A DNA stretch of 62,921 bases, the filler included, from Reticulomyxa filosa (lineage: Eukaryota > Protista > Foraminifera): the NCBI GenBank assembly GCA_000512085.1. It is 21 parts of 21 records of this genome, joined end to end, with 100 filler letters (N's around TTAATTAATTAA, not from the genome) between each part and the next. Parts side by side here need not be neighbours in the genome. Positions count along the whole stretch, not along the records: positions 61,372 to 62,921 come from ASPP01016155.1; 20 more parts are not named here. The stretch is one strand, 5' to 3'. Below, piece after piece: positions 61,854-62,921 of this stretch. Position 1 is the stretch's first letter; each line of letters starts with the position of its first letter. The notes under the pieces are model-generated. The model worked only from the letters and a program-made list of their open reading frames with translations. It was not told the origin of the DNA and made no database searches. A program made the translations under genes and the position numbers.

Positions 61854-62921
61854 TGCTATTATTATTATTATTATTACTATTATTATTGTTATCACGTAAA
61901 TGTTGCAACATATCTTGACTATCATTTCTCGCTTCTTCTGCAATCTTGCTTTCCTGAATTGCCTGTAGACTTACGCTCAAATTGCTCGTTCTCCGTCGAT
62001 TGATGTTGTTGTGTGTAATGCCATTGTTATTGCTGTTGTTTGCAGTCAAAGCAAGCGGTTTGCATTCGACTTCGATGCTTTTTTCACTGAGATTGGATTG
62101 CAAATTTTCCAAACTGGAAAGTGATGACTGTCCGCGATGTTTGCCCAGCCCATTAGTATTTGCATTTATATTCGTATTTATATTCATATTTGTATTAGCA
62201 AATGGTACATTGCTACTCCTTTGATTTGGACTTTGGTTGGGATATTCGCTTCGAGAGGTGGTCGACGTGGAAGAAGGACTAAATGCAGGACTTTCTCCTT
62301 CCAATGGTGCTTGCGTTTGTGAGTGTGATTGTAGCTGCAATTGCAAGACAGACCCTTTGGTAATCTCCACAAGGGTCAGTTTTGTTTTGCTGCGTGGATG
62401 ATACGACACCGGTGCGCCTTTCTTCAACGCTGTCTTTTCATCCTCGACACAGCTGTCGTGATTCCAGTTGGCGTCCTCCTGCCCGTCGCGGTCGCGTGCT
62501 CCGTCCAATGGACAAGAAGAGTTGTCAACATCACTGGGCAGATGGAGTGTATTGTTGCCATTGATGCTGAGGACGCTGTTGCTTTCGTGTCGAGTGTGTT
62601 TTTTTATGGGTTCGGTTTCGACGTCGACAAATAAGCAAGTCTTTTGTACCGAGTGTTCCGAGTCACTTGCGACATGTATGTCTTGGAGTTTGTGTTTGGT
62701 CCATTCCTTCTTCTCCTCTTCCGTCGCATTTCTGGTGTTTGTCCGTTTCTGTTGCAACTGCGGTTTCGTTAGTATCTCCGACTTTTTCTTTTTTTCGCGT
62801 GGCTTTTGTAGACTCTTGCAAGAAGACTCTGGCGATTGCAGGTAATTCATGACCTCGCTACTTGAGTCTTCATCCTCGTCATTGTCATTGTCATTGTCAT
62901 TATCATTATCATTATCATTAT
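61372..62921 (-). CDS. Asn/Ser-rich intrinsically disordered protein, internal exon
   Basis: More than 500 codons open across the contig, including an (AAT)n poly-Asn run at about 61790-61890. No domain recognised. Confidence 0.65.

Overview
Eukaryotic, AT-rich, intron-containing DNA, not a prokaryotic locus. The window is 21 short contigs joined by 20 artificial 100-nt spacers (44 N + TTAATTAATTAA + 44 N), so adjacency across a spacer has no biological meaning. The gene families and composition strongly resemble the foraminiferan Reticulomyxa filosa (inference). Housekeeping genes, several truncated by contig ends: proteasome alpha-2, GH38 alpha-mannosidase, casein kinase 1, a MAP2K, SSNA1/DIP13, a VPS9 GEF, copine, Cbp3/UQCC1, a tandem-PX protein, PRP40, MSH3 and an RGS protein. 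There are also expanded-family genes (WD40, Kelch-like propeller, RING/TRAF zinc finger) and many decayed copies (WD40, Kelch, ABC1 kinase, USP, PP1, a possible Tc1 transposase). The most interesting signal is a pair of intronless paralogs (3007-7057 and 44512-46380). Both have the layout [variable N-terminal module: Kelch-like propeller or PB1-like] - [caspase-fold domain lacking both catalytic residues] - [uncharacterised domain] - [TPR array, about 14 vs about 4 repeats]. This could be a modular pseudocaspase-TPR receptor or adaptor family. Other observations: poly-A instead of polypyrimidine tracts at 3' splice sites, a 99-nt phase-0 exon cassette in WD40 genes, a dispersed ~65-bp repeat, and an alpha-2 proteasome subunit lacking the conserved gate residues.
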